Assembly (NCBI GenBank): GCA_024641125.1
Contig: JAHEDQ010000004.1
Coordinates: 1 to 54,217 of the forward strand
DNA from: Candidatus Competibacteraceae bacterium
GTDB lineage: Bacteria > Pseudomonadota > Gammaproteobacteria > Competibacterales > JAHEDQ01
Direction of reading: 5' to 3'
DNA length: 54,217 bases
Shown: in pieces, positions 19,809 to 31,307 of the stretch
Layout of the letters: each line of letters begins with the position of its first letter
Numbering within the stretch: position 1 is the first letter of the stretch
Notes under the pieces: generated by a model
Seen by the model: only the letters and a program-made list of their open reading frames with translations
Databases searched by the model: none
What the model was told of the DNA's origin: nothing
Translations under genes and position numbers: made by a program

Positions 19809-22106
19809 ATGAGCCGAATTTTGGTCGCGCTGATCTCGATGGCGCCGATGCTTGCGTCCGCCATAGACGAGTCGGAACTGCTGCCGCCGGAACAAGCCTT
19901 TCCGGCCACCGCTGCGGCGCTGGGGCCGGAGCGTATAGAGGCAAGCTGGGACATCGCCGAAGGATACTATCTCTATCAACACCGCCTGGCAGTCACCACG
20001 ACCACCGCGGGGATTGAGCTGGGTGAACCGGTTCTGCCGCCGGGTACGGAAAAAGAGGACGAATTCTTCGGCCGTGTGGTGACCTACCGCACACGGGTCA
20101 CCGCTGAAATCCCGGTCCTGAAGCGGCCTGCAGGGATAACCCCGGTGGTGCTGGATCTCGGGTCTCAGGGCTGTGCCGATGTTGGCGTCTGCTACCCGCC
20201 CATGTCGCAATCGACTGTGCTCGAACTGCCGTTGATGGCGCAAGCCAAACCCGCGCAAACCCTACCCGCGGCGGCCGTTCCGGCTGCCCCGGCCAGCCAG
20301 CGCCTGCAGAATCTCCTTGGCGGCGGCAGTAATAGCCTGGGTATCGCCGGCGACGATCTGCTGCCACCGGATGAGGCCTTCATGCCCACGGCCGAGTCCA
20401 CCGATGGCCGCAGCATCCGCATCAAATGGCGCATCGCCGACGGCTACTACCTCTACCGGGACAAGATCGGGCTGGCGTTAACCGAAGCCGACGGGGTCGA
20501 ACTGGGCACGGTGACCACGCCCGAGGGCGAGGAGAAAGAGGACGAGTTTTTCGGCCGCATACAGGTCTATTACGGGTCCGCGGAGGCCACTGCGCAGCTG
20601 CAACGAACGCAACCAGATGCCACCGAGGTGGTCCTCAAAGCGGAATACCAGGGCTGTGCGGACATAGGAGTCTGCTACCCGCCCATGGAACAAACCATCC
20701 CGGTGCTGCTGCGGGCTATTCCGGCGGCAGAGGCGGCGACAGAGGCGGCCCCGAACGGCACCGCGCCGGCCCAGGCGGCTACAACTGACCTGGATGCCCT
20801 GCTCGGATCCCCGCAACCGGTGGCGGAACAGGATCGACTGGCAGAGAGTCTGGCCCAGGGCGGGCTCCTGACGGTGGCAACCTTTTTCGGCCTTGGTCTG
20901 CTGCTGGCCTTCACCCCTTGCGTGTTCCCGATGATCCCAATTCTGTCCGGCATCATCGTGGGCCAGGGTAAGGACATCACCGTGCGGCGGGCTCTGCTGC
21001 TGTCGTTGATCTATGTGCTGGCTATGGCGCTCACCTACACGGTGGCCGGGATACTGGCCGGCTTGTTCGGGCAAAACCTGCAGGCTCTGTTCCAGCAAAC
21101 CTGGATCCTGGTGGTTTTCGCCATCGTGTTTGTGCTGTTGTCACTGTCCATGTTCGGATTCTACGAGCTGCAACTGCCGTCGACGCTGCAAACCCGGCTT
21201 GCCGCCATGAGCAATCGCCAGCAGGGCGGAAATTACCTGGGGGTGGCGATCATGGGCTTTCTGTCCGCCCTGATCGTCGGCCCCTGTGTGGCGCCACCTT
21301 TGGCCGGCGCTCTGATTTACATCGGACAGACCGGAGATGCGGTGCTGGGCGGTCTGGCTTTGTTCGCCCTAAGCATGGGAATGGGCGCGCCGTTGCTGGT
21401 GATCGGCGCATCGGCCGGCAAATTTCTGCCCCGTGCAGGCGCCTGGATGGATGCGATCAAGGCGGTGTTTGGGGTGGGACTGCTGGCGGTGGCCATCGTT
21501 CTGCTGGAGCGGGTTCTGCCAGCGGCTGTCTCGATGGTCCTCTGGGGGCTGCTGATGATCGGCTCGGCGGTTTACCTGCGGGCATTCGAGGCGGTCGAAG
21601 GCGGATGGTCACGTTTGTGGCGCGGCCTGGGCCTGGCACTGGCCGTTTACGGCGGGCTCATGTTGGTTGGTGCCGCTATGGGGGGTCGCGACACCTTGCA
21701 ACCCCTGCGCGGCGTGTTCGGCGGCGGCGCGGCCCATCAGGAGCTGACGTTCAAGAGGATTAAATCCAGTGCCGATCTGGACCGGGAAATTGCCGCCGCG
21801 GTGGCGGCCGGACGGCCGGTGATGGTGGATTTCTACGCCGACTGGTGCGTGTCCTGCAAGGAAATGGAGAAATACACATTCAGCGATCCGGCGGTGATCA
21901 CTGCGCTCTCGCCCGCGGTGCTGCTGCAGGCCGACGTGACCGCCAACGATGCCGAGGATCAGGCGTTACTCGCGCGCTTTGACCTGATCGGGCCGCCGAC
22001 CATCCTGTTCTTCGGGACGGATGGCGCCGAACGTCCCGGCTATCGCACCGTGGGCTTTGTCCCGGCGAACGAATTCCGTGAGCACGTTCAGGCCGCCATC
22101 CGGTGA
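19809..22106 (+). CDS. dsbD: Thiol:disulfide interchange protein DsbD with a duplicated N-terminal Ig-like domain
   Basis: Two GYYLY...QGCADxGVCYPP domains, TM domain FTPCVFPMIP / GPCVAPPL, thioredoxin domain DFYADWCVSCK. Confidence 0.95.
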   Translation: MSRILVALISMAPMLASAIDESELLPPEQAFPATAAALGPERIEASWDIAEGYYLYQHRLAVTTTTAGIELGEPVLPPGTEKEDEFFGRVVTYRTRVTAEIPVLKRPAGITPVVLDLGSQGCADVGVCYPPMSQSTVLELPLMAQAKPAQTLPAAAVPAAPASQRLQNLLGGGSNSLGIAGDDLLPPDEAFMPTAESTDGRSIRIKWRIADGYYLYRDKIGLALTEADGVELGTVTTPEGEEKEDEFFGRIQVYYGSAEATAQLQRTQPDATEVVLKAEYQGCADIGVCYPPMEQTIPVLLRAIPAAEAATEAAPNGTAPAQAATTDLDALLGSPQPVAEQDRLAESLAQGGLLTVATFFGLGLLLAFTPCVFPMIPILSGIIVGQGKDITVRRALLLSLIYVLAMALTYTVAGILAGLFGQNLQALFQQTWILVVFAIVFVLLSLSMFGFYELQLPSTLQTRLAAMSNRQQGGNYLGVAIMGFLSALIVGPCVAPPLAGALIYIGQTGDAVLGGLALFALSMGMGAPLLVIGASAGKFLPRAGAWMDAIKAVFGVGLLAVAIVLLERVLPAAVSMVLWGLLMIGSAVYLRAFEAVEGGWSRLWRGLGLALAVYGGLMLVGAAMGGRDTLQPLRGVFGGGAAHQELTFKRIKSSADLDREIAAAVAAGRPVMVDFYADWCVSCKEMEKYTFSDPAVITALSPAVLLQADVTANDAEDQALLARFDLIGPPTILFFGTDGAERPGYRTVGFVPANEFREHVQAAIR

Positions 22107-22612
22107 TATTGCGGCACGCGCTGGTCGGCTTTCTGCTGGGCTTTGGCCTGCTGGGATGCGACACCGACGAGCACGGGATGGTCGGGCTGTCCACGGGAAC
22201 TGACGGCCCCCCATTGTCCCTGTTTGATCTGAACGGCAACCGTCGCGCCCTTTCGGAGTGGCAAGGCAAGGTTCTACTGGTGAATTTCTGGGCGACCTGG
22301 TGCGCACCTTGCCGCGCCGAAATCCCGGGCTTCATAGAGGTCAGGGAGCGCTACCGGGATCAGCCGTTCGAAGTAATTGGTATCGCGGTCGATCGACCCG
22401 ACTATGTGAAGGAATACGCCACGGATCTGGCGATCCCCTATCCTATTCTGTTGGATCCCATCAACGGCGGCAGCAGTCTGATTCCCTGGGGCAATCCCCA
22501 GGGCGTCCTGCCCTACAGTGTCTTGCTGGATCGAAACGGCAGGGTCGCGCTCACACATCTCGGCAAATTCAGCGTCCAGCAACTGCAGGCCCAATTGGAC
22601 GCTCTGCTCTAA
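22103..22612 (+). CDS. TlpA/ResA-like thioredoxin (probable lipoprotein)
   Basis: LVNFWATWCAPCRAEIP and LLGC lipobox. Confidence 0.9.
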   Translation: MILRHALVGFLLGFGLLGCDTDEHGMVGLSTGTDGPPLSLFDLNGNRRALSEWQGKVLLVNFWATWCAPCRAEIPGFIEVRERYRDQPFEVIGIAVDRPDYVKEYATDLAIPYPILLDPINGGSSLIPWGNPQGVLPYSVLLDRNGRVALTHLGKFSVQQLQAQLDALL

Positions 22613-22759
22613 AGATCTGCACCGATTTGAATCGAACACGCACCGATCGTCTCCGAACTCGCCGGCAGATGGACAGGAAACGACGTTTGCATCATACTCG
22701 GCCGCTTGCCGGCTCGGCACTAATTTGCTTGCCACCTGGGGGCCGTCACAATGAGTTCC

Positions 22760-23215
22760 ATGGCGACATTCCTGGTTCTGAACGGTCCTAACCTCAATCT
22801 CCTCGGCACCCGGGAACCCGATCTCTACGGCGCAGATTCTCTGGCCGACATCGAACGCGTTTGCATGGACATGGCGAAGGCCTGGGGGGATACCCTGGCA
22901 TTTTTTCAAACCAACGCCGAACATCGAATGGTGGAGCGGATTCATCAAGCCGGCAGGGACGAGACCCGTTTCATTATCATCAATCCGGCCGCCTGGACCC
23001 ACACCAGTGTGGCCACACGCGATGCGCTGCTGGGCGTCCAAATTCCGTTTATCGAGGTACATCTTTCCAATGTGCACGCACGGGAGCCGTTTCGCCGACA
23101 TTCCTACCTGTCCGATGTGGCAGTGGGTGTGATCGCGGGTCTGGGCGCGCAGGGGTACGAGTTGGCCCTGCTCGCCGCCCGGGCCCATGTGCAACAACAG
23201 GACGCTAGAGGCTGA
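22760..23215 (+). CDS. aroQ: Type II 3-dehydroquinate dehydratase
   Basis: [38 protein letters not shown]. Confidence 0.96.
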   Translation: MATFLVLNGPNLNLLGTREPDLYGADSLADIERVCMDMAKAWGDTLAFFQTNAEHRMVERIHQAGRDETRFIIINPAAWTHTSVATRDALLGVQIPFIEVHLSNVHAREPFRRHSYLSDVAVGVIAGLGAQGYELALLAARAHVQQQDARG

Positions 23216-23688
23216 TGGACATTCGCAAAATCAAAAAACTGATCGACCTGCTGGAAGAATCGGGCGTTGCGGAGATCGAGATCCGCGAAGGCGAGGAATC
23301 GGTGCGAATCAGTCGTTACAGCATCAACGCACCGGCACCGGCCACGGCCCAGTCGATGCTGCCGGCTGCACCCGCGATCGCCGGAACGAAGCCGCCCACA
23401 CCATCCGAGGCCGCCCGCGGCAGCGACGAGCGCCGGGTTGAAGAAGAGCCATTGGGACACAAAGTACGTTCGCCCATGGTGGGCAGCTTTTACCGCTCTG
23501 CGACCCCGGGGGGCAAGTCCTTCGTCGAGGTGGGCAATCGGGTCAATGCAGGCGATACCCTGTGCATTATCGAGGCCATGAAGATGTTCAATCAGATCGA
23601 GGCCGATGTGTCCGGGGTGGTGAAAGCCGTCCTGGCCGAGAACGGCGATCCGGTCGAATACGACCAGCCCCTGTTCGTCATAGAGTGA
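23215..23688 (+). CDS. accB: Acetyl-CoA carboxylase biotin carboxyl carrier protein
   Basis: [10 protein letters not shown] and EAMKM biotinylation site. Confidence 0.98.
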   Translation: MDIRKIKKLIDLLEESGVAEIEIREGEESVRISRYSINAPAPATAQSMLPAAPAIAGTKPPTPSEAARGSDERRVEEEPLGHKVRSPMVGSFYRSATPGGKSFVEVGNRVNAGDTLCIIEAMKMFNQIEADVSGVVKAVLAENGDPVEYDQPLFVIE

Positions 23689-23763
23689 ATCCGTATCATC
23701 CCGCGCCGTTCACGACGAGGGTCGTTGAGAACGGTCGCCGCAGCCGTACCGGACACTGAAATC

Positions 23764-25104
23764 ATGCTGGACAAAGTGGTCATCGCGAATCGTGGCGAGA
23801 TCGCCCTGCGTATACTGCGGGCCTGCCGCGAACTCGGAATCCCGACGGTCGCGGCGCACTCGAGCGCCGATCGCCAGCTCAAACATGTTCTGCTGGCCGA
23901 CGAGGCAGTGTGTATCGGTCCCCCAGCGTCAGTGGACAGCTACCTCAACATGCCGGCCATTATCAGCGCCGCCGAGGTAACGGATGCCGTGGCCATCCAT
24001 CCTGGCTATGGATTTCTGTCCGAGAACGCGGACTTCGCCGAACGGGTCGAGCAAAGCGGGTTCATCTTTATCGGCCCCAGAGCGGAGACCATCCGCCTGA
24101 TGGGAGACAAAGTATCCGCCATCCGGGCGATGCAGGCGGCAAACGTGCCCTGTGTCCCCGGTTCCGACGGCCCTCTGGGCACCGATGACGAGGAAAACCT
24201 GCGTCTGGCCCGGGATATCGGGTTCCCGGTCATCATCAAGGCTTCCGGCGGCGGTGGCGGGCGCGGCATGCGCGTGGTGCATGGGGAAGCCACGCTTCTG
24301 GATGCCATATCGCTGACCCGCACAGAGGCCGGTGCCGCGTTCGGCAACGACACGCTGTACATGGAGAAGTTTCTGGAACGGCCACGCCACATCGAGATCC
24401 AGGTGCTGGCAGATGGCCAAGGTAAGGCGATCCATCTGGGGGAACGGGACTGCTCGATGCAACGCCGACACCAGAAGGTGGTGGAAGAATCCCCCGCCCC
24501 GGGGATCACCGAGGAACAGCGGACCAAGATCGGGCATCGCTGCGTGGACGCCTGCCTGAAGTTGGACTACCGCGGCGCCGGAACCTTTGAGTTTCTGTAT
24601 CAGGATGGTGACTTCTACTTTATCGAGATGAACACCCGGGTTCAGGTCGAGCATCCGGTGACGGAAATGGTGACCGGTGTCGATATAGTCAAAGAACAAC
24701 TCAGGATTGCCGCGGGCGAAGGCCTCAAACTGAACCAGCAGGACATCGTTATTCGAGGCCACGCAATTGAATGCCGGATCAATGCCGAGGACCCTGAAAC
24801 CTTCATGCCCTGTCCAGGCACCATTACTCAATATCACGCCCCCGGCGGCCCCGGTATTCGCGTAGACACCCATGTCTACAACAATTACCGGGTACCACCC
24901 TATTACGACTCGATGATCGCCAAGCTGATTTCCTACGGTGGTGACCGGCCAACGGCCCTGGCCCGAATGCGCGGCGCCCTGTCGGAGATCGTGATCGACG
25001 GCATTAAAACCAACGTGCCCCTGCACCGGCGCATTCTGGATGATGGGCACTTTCAGGCTGGGGGAACCAACATCCATTACCTGGAAAAAATGCTGGGACT
25101 GTGA
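23764..25104 (+). CDS. accC: Biotin carboxylase
   Basis: [37 protein letters not shown]. Confidence 0.98.
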   Translation: MLDKVVIANRGEIALRILRACRELGIPTVAAHSSADRQLKHVLLADEAVCIGPPASVDSYLNMPAIISAAEVTDAVAIHPGYGFLSENADFAERVEQSGFIFIGPRAETIRLMGDKVSAIRAMQAANVPCVPGSDGPLGTDDEENLRLARDIGFPVIIKASGGGGGRGMRVVHGEATLLDAISLTRTEAGAAFGNDTLYMEKFLERPRHIEIQVLADGQGKAIHLGERDCSMQRRHQKVVEESPAPGITEEQRTKIGHRCVDACLKLDYRGAGTFEFLYQDGDFYFIEMNTRVQVEHPVTEMVTGVDIVKEQLRIAAGEGLKLNQQDIVIRGHAIECRINAEDPETFMPCPGTITQYHAPGGPGIRVDTHVYNNYRVPPYYDSMIAKLISYGGDRPTALARMRGALSEIVIDGIKTNVPLHRRILDDGHFQAGGTNIHYLEKMLGL

Positions 25105-26015
25105 CCGACGCTGAACCGGCCAGTCCGCCCTGGATCCAGCTTGCATTCGAGACCGGAACCCATTCGGTCCAGGCGCTGGAGGATGCATTGCAAGCCAGCG
25201 GGGCGGTTGCGGTTACTCTGGAAGATGCGGCAGATGACCCGGTGCTGGAACCCGGGCCGGGGGAAACACCACTTTGGAAACAGACCCGGGTCACCGGCTT
25301 GTACGACGGCCGCACCATGGATCTCCCCGCAGTGGAACAGGCCATGCAGCGCGCGCTCGCGACACCACATCTGCCGCCATACCGGGCTTCGCCCCTGGAA
25401 CAGCGGGACTGGGTGCGGGCCTGGATGGATCACTATCACCCCATGCGCTTTGGCGAGGGCCTTTGGGTTTGCCCCAGCCACCTGACGCCACCCGACCCCA
25501 GCGCCACCACCATCATGATGGACCCGGGCCTCGCCTTCGGCACGGGAACCCACGCCACAACCGCTTTGTGTCTGGAATGGCTGTCCGCGCAAAGGGTAAC
25601 GGGCTGGTCGGTGGTCGACTACGGTTGCGGCTCAGGCATTCTCGCCATCGCGGCGCTATTGCTCGGCGCACGGCATGCGCTGGCGTTGGACATCGATCCC
25701 CAGGCGCTCATGTCGACCCGAACCAATGCGGAACGGAACGGCGTACTGCAACGGGTCCAGGTGTCCTTCCCCGACGACATCGAGCCACAGCCATCGGACC
25801 TGGTCATGGCCAACATTCTGGCCGGCCCTTTGCTGGCGTTGCGGGACCGGCTGAGCGCCCGCGTGCGGCCGGGAGGCAAGCTGATCATGTCCGGACTGCT
25901 CAGCCGCCATGCCAATGAGATCGAGCAGACTTATCGAAACGCGTTCGATTTCGGGCCCCGGCTGCAGCGGGACGACTGGATTCTCCTGGACGGCACCCGG
26001 CGCGCGTTGGTTTGA
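25101..26015 (+). CDS. prmA: Ribosomal protein L11 methyltransferase
   Basis: [28 protein letters not shown]. Confidence 0.97.
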   Translation: MTDAEPASPPWIQLAFETGTHSVQALEDALQASGAVAVTLEDAADDPVLEPGPGETPLWKQTRVTGLYDGRTMDLPAVEQAMQRALATPHLPPYRASPLEQRDWVRAWMDHYHPMRFGEGLWVCPSHLTPPDPSATTIMMDPGLAFGTGTHATTALCLEWLSAQRVTGWSVVDYGCGSGILAIAALLLGARHALALDIDPQALMSTRTNAERNGVLQRVQVSFPDDIEPQPSDLVMANILAGPLLALRDRLSARVRPGGKLIMSGLLSRHANEIEQTYRNAFDFGPRLQRDDWILLDGTRRALV

Positions 26016-26186
26016 TCGCCGGCCCACCCTCAAGCCCGGTTTGCGAATGGGCATATCTATACTATTCTGACCGTATAACGACGATGAAATTCAGGTTCAC
26101 CCAACGACGGGAGATCCTGTTGAGCCGCAACCCTCTGCGGCGTGAACGACCGGGCCCTACGGCCCGATACAGCTTTGCCAGGCACC

Positions 26187-27179
26187 ATGCGCATCGGTCC
26201 CTACGAACTGACAAATAACGTCGCTCTCGCACCCATGGCCGGCGTGACCGACCGCCCGTTCCGACAACTCTGTCGGAGATTGGGGGCAGGGTTTGCCGTG
26301 TCCGAAATGGTCAGCGCCAACCCCAGCTTGCGGCACACCCGCAAAAGCCGGCAACGACTCGACCACGCGGGTGAGGACGCGCCCATTAGCGTGCAGATCG
26401 CCGGCGCCGATCCCCACATCCTGGCCGAAGCCGCCCGAATCAATGTGGCCCATGGCGCCCAGATCATAGACATCAACATGGGCTGTCCGGCAAAAAAAGT
26501 GTGTAACGTCCTGGCGGGATCGGCGTTGCTTCGCGATGAGACACTGGTGGGCCGCATTCTGGCGGCAGTGGTGGACGCGGTGGACGTGCCGGTCACGCTG
26601 AAAATGCGTACCGGCTGGGCCGCGGATCACCGCAACGGGGTTCGGATAGCGCGCATGGCCGAAGCGGCCGGCATCCAGGCTTTGGCGGTCCACGGGCGAA
26701 CCCGAACCGACGGATACGGCGGCCCGGTGGACTACGACACCATCGCTCGGGTGAAAAACGAGGTGACCATCCCGGTCTACGCCAACGGCGATATCGACTC
26801 GCCGGCCAAGGCGGAAAGGGTGATGGCTCTGACCGGCGCCGACGGCGTGATGATCGGGCGTGCGGCACAGGGTCGTCCCTGGCTGCCAGGTCAGATAGCG
26901 GACTATCTGCGCACCGGCCAGAGGCACTCTGAACCGGCTGTGGCGGCGGTCCGAGACCTGCTGCTGGGCCACCTTGAGGAATTGTATCGGTTCTACGGTG
27001 CACATCAGGGGGTGCGCATCGCACGCAAGCACATCAAATGGTACTGCGCCGCGCACCCGGAGAGCGCAGCTTTCTGGCGGAACGTGAGCAGAGTCGAGTG
27101 CACCCGCCAGCAGACCCGCCTCACGCGGCAGCATTTCGACCGGCTGGCCATTGATTCACCCACCGGTTTGGCTGCCTAG
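26187..27179 (+). CDS. dusB: tRNA-dihydrouridine synthase B
   Basis: LAPMAGVTDRPFR, DINMGCPAKKV, VHGRTR; precedes fis. Confidence 0.96.
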   Translation: MRIGPYELTNNVALAPMAGVTDRPFRQLCRRLGAGFAVSEMVSANPSLRHTRKSRQRLDHAGEDAPISVQIAGADPHILAEAARINVAHGAQIIDINMGCPAKKVCNVLAGSALLRDETLVGRILAAVVDAVDVPVTLKMRTGWAADHRNGVRIARMAEAAGIQALAVHGRTRTDGYGGPVDYDTIARVKNEVTIPVYANGDIDSPAKAERVMALTGADGVMIGRAAQGRPWLPGQIADYLRTGQRHSEPAVAAVRDLLLGHLEELYRFYGAHQGVRIARKHIKWYCAAHPESAAFWRNVSRVECTRQQTRLTRQHFDRLAIDSPTGLAA

Positions 27180-27448
27180 GGCCTGTTGACACTATGCGGA
27201 TACCCATCGACAGAGCCCCATTTTTTGCAGGACCAGGCGCAGTGAGCGCTGCGTACCCGCCGTACATGAGCGAACCTGAAACGCAGGCCTGTGGAAAATG
27301 GGGCCTGTCCCTGCGGGTTGTCCCTCAAATCAGGCCATGCAGCGTTGCACATCGCTTATTTGGAATAACCAAACTGCGTTCTACGCGCCTTGCTTGGCCT
27401 GATTTGAGGGACAACGCTGGGCGTCCGAATAATGTCAACAGGCCGTAG
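27177..27448. mobile_element. MITE family D (about 272 bp) between dusB and fis
   Basis: Terminal IRs TAGGGCCTGTTGACACTAT / ATAATGTCAACAGGCCGTA (17 of 19 match); internal 25-bp IR 27317-27341 / 27391-27415; no convincing ORF. Confidence 0.8.
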
Positions 27449-27457
27449 AGCGTCCGA

Positions 27458-27715
27458 ATGAGCATCAAGATTTCCTGCGAAGACGCCAGCATCCCGCTCA
27501 GATCCCATGTTCAGACTGCACTCAGCGACTACTTTGAAAAGCTTGACGGCCATCCGACCTGCGGTCTGTACAAGTTGATCATAACCGAAGTGGAAAAACC
27601 CCTGTTGGAAGCCGCATTGCGACATGCGGGCGGCAATCAAACTCGGGCAGCTGAAATTCTGGGCATCAACCGCACCACCCTGCGCAAGAAGCTGCGGCTC
27701 TACGACATCGACTGA
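27458..27715 (+). CDS. fis: Fis DNA-binding protein
   Basis: EVEKPLL...GNQTRAAEILGINRTTLRKKL HTH; downstream of dusB. Confidence 0.93.
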   Translation: MSIKISCEDASIPLRSHVQTALSDYFEKLDGHPTCGLYKLIITEVEKPLLEAALRHAGGNQTRAAEILGINRTTLRKKLRLYDID

Positions 27716-27844
27716 AACGCCGCTCACGGCCGACCGTGGCCGTGATCAATCGGATGTTGCGTTGGCCTGCAACCCGCTATAATGCGCCGGCCGCGTAACC
27801 CACCGCTCCGTCCGCAGTCTTGCGGCCAACCCAGTACGGCTCAA

Positions 27845-29419
27845 ATGCAGCAGACCATTCCTATTCGACGTGCGCTTATCAGCGTTTCAGACAAGCACGG
27901 CCTGGTGGACTTCGCCCACCGCCTGGAGGATTTCGGTGTCGAGATTCTGTCCACCGGCGGGACCGCCAAGCTGCTGCGGGAAAACGCGATCCCGGTGGTC
28001 GATGTGTCCGACCACACCGGTTTCCCGGAATTGATGGATGGCCGGCTCAAAACCCTGCACCCACGAATACACGGCGGTCTGCTGGGCCGTCGTGGCGTCG
28101 ATGACGGGGTTATGGCCGAGCACGACATTGCCCCCATCGACATGGTGGTGGTCAACCTCTACCCGTTCGAGCAAACCATCGCCCGTCCGGACTGCGACCT
28201 GGAGATGGCAATTGAGAACATCGACATTGGCGGGCCAGCCATGCTGCGCGCCGCCGCCAAAAATCACGCGGGCGTGGCCGTGGTGATCGACGTGGCGGAC
28301 TACGCTGTGGTGATCGAGGAAATGGAGCGCGAGGGAGGGGCCTTGACCGCTGCCACGCGCTACCGCCTGGCGGTAAAGACCTTTGCCCGCACAGCCGGCT
28401 ATGACGGCACCATCGCTAACTATCTCGGCCGCACCAACCCGGATGGCACTCAGTCCCGGTTCTCGGATACCTTCACGCTGCAGCTGCGCAAGGCCCAGGA
28501 CATGCGTTACGGGGAAAACCCCCATCAGCAAGCGGCGTTTTATGTGGAAGCGAATGCCGGCGGCGCAAACGTGGCCGGCGCCCGCCAGCTGAACGGCAAG
28601 GCCCTGTCATACAACAACGTGGCCGACACGGATGCAGCGCTGGAATGCATCAAACAGTTCGATCAGCCCGCGTGCGTCATTGTCAAACACGCAAATCCCT
28701 GCGGCGTGGCTGTGGCGCCCAGCCTGTTGATGGCCTATGAGCGCGCTTTTCAGACCGACCCAACCTCAGCCTTTGGCGGCATCATCGCTTTCAATCGGCC
28801 GCTGGACGGCGATACCGCTTTTGCCATCGTGGAACGCCAGTTCGTGGAGGTCATCATTGCCCCCGGAGTCAGCGAGGCCGCGCTGCAGGCCGTGGCGACA
28901 AAGAAGAACATTCGTCTGCTGAGTTGCGGAGCGTGGACCGACGATCTGGAATCCGGGCTGGATTTTAAGCGCGTCAGCGGTGGCCTGCTGATACAGGATC
29001 GGGATACGGGACGAATCTCCGAAGCCGATCTGAAAGTCGTGACCAAGCGCCGGCCCAGCGCGCAGGAGCTGACAGACCTGATTTTCGCCTGGCGGGTCGC
29101 CAAATGCGTCAAATCCAACGCCATCGTCTATGCCCGGGACCAGCAGACCATCGGCGTCGGCGCAGGCCAGATGAGCCGGGTTTACTCGGCCCGCATCGCC
29201 GCGATCAAGGCCGAGGACGAGGGGATTCGCGTGGCCGGGGCGGTTATGGCGTCGGACGCTTTTTTCCCATTCCGGGACGGCATCGACTCGGCCGCCCAAC
29301 ATGGCATTACCGCAGTCATCCAACCCGGGGGTTCGCTACGCGACCAGGAAGTGATAGCGGCGGCGGATGAACAGGGAATGGCCATGGTGTTTACCGGTAT
29401 GCGCCACTTCCGGCACTAA
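27845..29419 (+). CDS. purH: Bifunctional AICAR transformylase / IMP cyclohydrolase
   Basis: [43 protein letters not shown]. Confidence 0.98.
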   Translation: MQQTIPIRRALISVSDKHGLVDFAHRLEDFGVEILSTGGTAKLLRENAIPVVDVSDHTGFPELMDGRLKTLHPRIHGGLLGRRGVDDGVMAEHDIAPIDMVVVNLYPFEQTIARPDCDLEMAIENIDIGGPAMLRAAAKNHAGVAVVIDVADYAVVIEEMEREGGALTAATRYRLAVKTFARTAGYDGTIANYLGRTNPDGTQSRFSDTFTLQLRKAQDMRYGENPHQQAAFYVEANAGGANVAGARQLNGKALSYNNVADTDAALECIKQFDQPACVIVKHANPCGVAVAPSLLMAYERAFQTDPTSAFGGIIAFNRPLDGDTAFAIVERQFVEVIIAPGVSEAALQAVATKKNIRLLSCGAWTDDLESGLDFKRVSGGLLIQDRDTGRISEADLKVVTKRRPSAQELTDLIFAWRVAKCVKSNAIVYARDQQTIGVGAGQMSRVYSARIAAIKAEDEGIRVAGAVMASDAFFPFRDGIDSAAQHGITAVIQPGGSLRDQEVIAAADEQGMAMVFTGMRHFRH

Positions 29420-29431
29420 CTGGAGCGGATC

Positions 29432-30730
29432 ATGAAAGTACTGATCGTCGGAGGCGGCGGGCGTGAACACGCGATGGCCTGGAAATGCGCCCAGTCGCGA
29501 CGGGTGGATACCGTCTTTGTCGCCCCCGGCAACGCCGGCACCGAGAGCGAGGCCAAGGTTCGCAACATCGATCTGGCGGCGAACGACATCGAGGGCTTGG
29601 CCCGCTACGCCGCCGAGACCGGGGTGGATTTGACCATTGTCGGCCCCGAAGCCCCGCTGGTGGCCGGGATCGTGGACACGTTCACCTCGGCCGGATTGCG
29701 TTGTTTTGGTCCATCACGGGACGCGGCGCAACTGGAAGGGTCCAAGGCCTTCAGCAAGGATTTCCTGGCGCGCCATCGAATCCCTACCGCCGGCTATAGC
29801 GTGTTCTCGGAAATCCGGCCCGCCGTTGATTACATACGCACTCAGGGCGCGCCCATCGTGGTCAAGGCCGACGGCCTGGCGGCGGGCAAGGGCGTCATCG
29901 TGGCGGAAAGCGAAGCCGAGGCAATCGCCGCGGTGGAAGCGATGTTGGCCGACAACCGATTCGGCCAGGCCGGCAGCCGCGTTGTGATCGAGGCATTTCT
30001 GCGCGGAGAGGAAGCCAGTTTTATCGCGATGGTGGATGGCACCCACGTGCTGCCCATGGCGACATCCCAGGATCACAAGGCCCGCGAAGAGGGTGATCAC
30101 GGGCCAAATACCGGCGGCATGGGCGCCTACTCGCCGGCGCCGGTGATCACCCGGGAGATCCACGAACGTGTTATGTCCGAGGTCATACTGCCGACGGTCC
30201 GAGGCATGGCGGAGGACGGCCATCCCTACACCGGCTTTCTCTATGCCGGTCTCATGATCGATCAGGACGGATCGCCGCAGGTGCTGGAGTACAACTGCCG
30301 GCTCGGTGACCCGGAGACGCAGCCCATCCTGATGCGGCTGAGATCGGATCTGACCGGACTCTGCGAGCTGGCTCTTGACGGTCGTCTCGATCAGGCGGTT
30401 GTCGAGTGGGACCCACGGCCGGCGCTGGGCGTGGTGATGGTAGCCGGGGGCTATCCGGGTTCCTACCGCAGTGGCGATCCCATATCGGGGCTGAACCTGG
30501 GCGACGCGCCGGACTGCAAGATCTTCCACGCGGGGACCGTGAGACGCGACCAGGAGGTGGTCACCAGCGGTGGGCGCGTATTATGCGTCACCGCACTGGG
30601 AGATTCAGTGGCGTCGGCCCAGACACGAGCCTATGAAATCGTGCGGACGGTCCGGTGGAATCATGCTGGGTTCCGCCGGGACATCGGTTATCGGGCGGTG
30701 GCGCGGGAACAGTCGCACGCCAAACCCTGA
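29432..30730 (+). CDS. purD: Phosphoribosylamine-glycine ligase
   Basis: GGGGREHA, KADGLAAGKGV, GPNTGGMG, RLGDPE. Confidence 0.98.
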   Translation: MKVLIVGGGGREHAMAWKCAQSRRVDTVFVAPGNAGTESEAKVRNIDLAANDIEGLARYAAETGVDLTIVGPEAPLVAGIVDTFTSAGLRCFGPSRDAAQLEGSKAFSKDFLARHRIPTAGYSVFSEIRPAVDYIRTQGAPIVVKADGLAAGKGVIVAESEAEAIAAVEAMLADNRFGQAGSRVVIEAFLRGEEASFIAMVDGTHVLPMATSQDHKAREEGDHGPNTGGMGAYSPAPVITREIHERVMSEVILPTVRGMAEDGHPYTGFLYAGLMIDQDGSPQVLEYNCRLGDPETQPILMRLRSDLTGLCELALDGRLDQAVVEWDPRPALGVVMVAGGYPGSYRSGDPISGLNLGDAPDCKIFHAGTVRRDQEVVTSGGRVLCVTALGDSVASAQTRAYEIVRTVRWNHAGFRRDIGYRAVAREQSHAKP

Positions 30731-30824
30731 CCGAACCACAATCGGCCTGACTGCGGTACCGGCGTATAGTGGGCATAGAATGGTCCGTCGCCAATGTCCT
30801 GTGCCGGGTTCGGGATCAGTCGCC

Positions 30825-31307
30825 ATGCGGGAACGCGGATTCACACTCACCGAGGTGCTGCTGGCCATCGTGGTGATGACCCTTGGTCTGTTGGGTCTGG
30901 CCAACCTCCAGTTCCAATCGCTGCGCGCGAATCAGGATGCCTACCACACCAGCCAGGCGGCGTTCCTGGCCGAAGAAATTCTGGAACGCATGCGCGGCAA
31001 CCCGGTTCAGGCGCTGGCCGGGCGCTATGACCTGGCCTATGACGCGGCCGGACCAGCGCCGGTGAACTGCATCGGCAGCAGCCAGACCTGTTCCCCAGAG
31101 CAACTGCGGGCCTATGATCTGTCGGACTGGATCGCTACCGTCGCGCAGCGACTGCCGGCCGGGGTCGGCGCCATCAGTACCGCGCCTGGACCCGCCGCCA
31201 ACGCGCGGGTCACCATCCGACTCCGCTGGGAAAACAGACTGCGATGGTCTGGCCCCACACCAGGCGACGCGTCCACCACCGAACTCCGTTTCGATGCGGT
31301 GCTTTGA
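30825..31307 (+). CDS. pilV: Type IV minor pilin PilV
   Basis: Prepilin RG|FTLTEVL, ILERMRGN, two Cys, LPAGVG, VTIRLRW. Confidence 0.88.
   Translation: MRERGFTLTEVLLAIVVMTLGLLGLANLQFQSLRANQDAYHTSQAAFLAEEILERMRGNPVQALAGRYDLAYDAAGPAPVNCIGSSQTCSPEQLRAYDLSDWIATVAQRLPAGVGAISTAPGPAANARVTIRLRWENRLRWSGPTPGDASTTELRFDAVL

Noticed and set aside
27194-27448. 84-aa ORF in element D (also 18702-19019, 40393-40683, 40656-40856)
   Set aside because: They lie within palindromic repeat DNA and have no transposase or other motifs.
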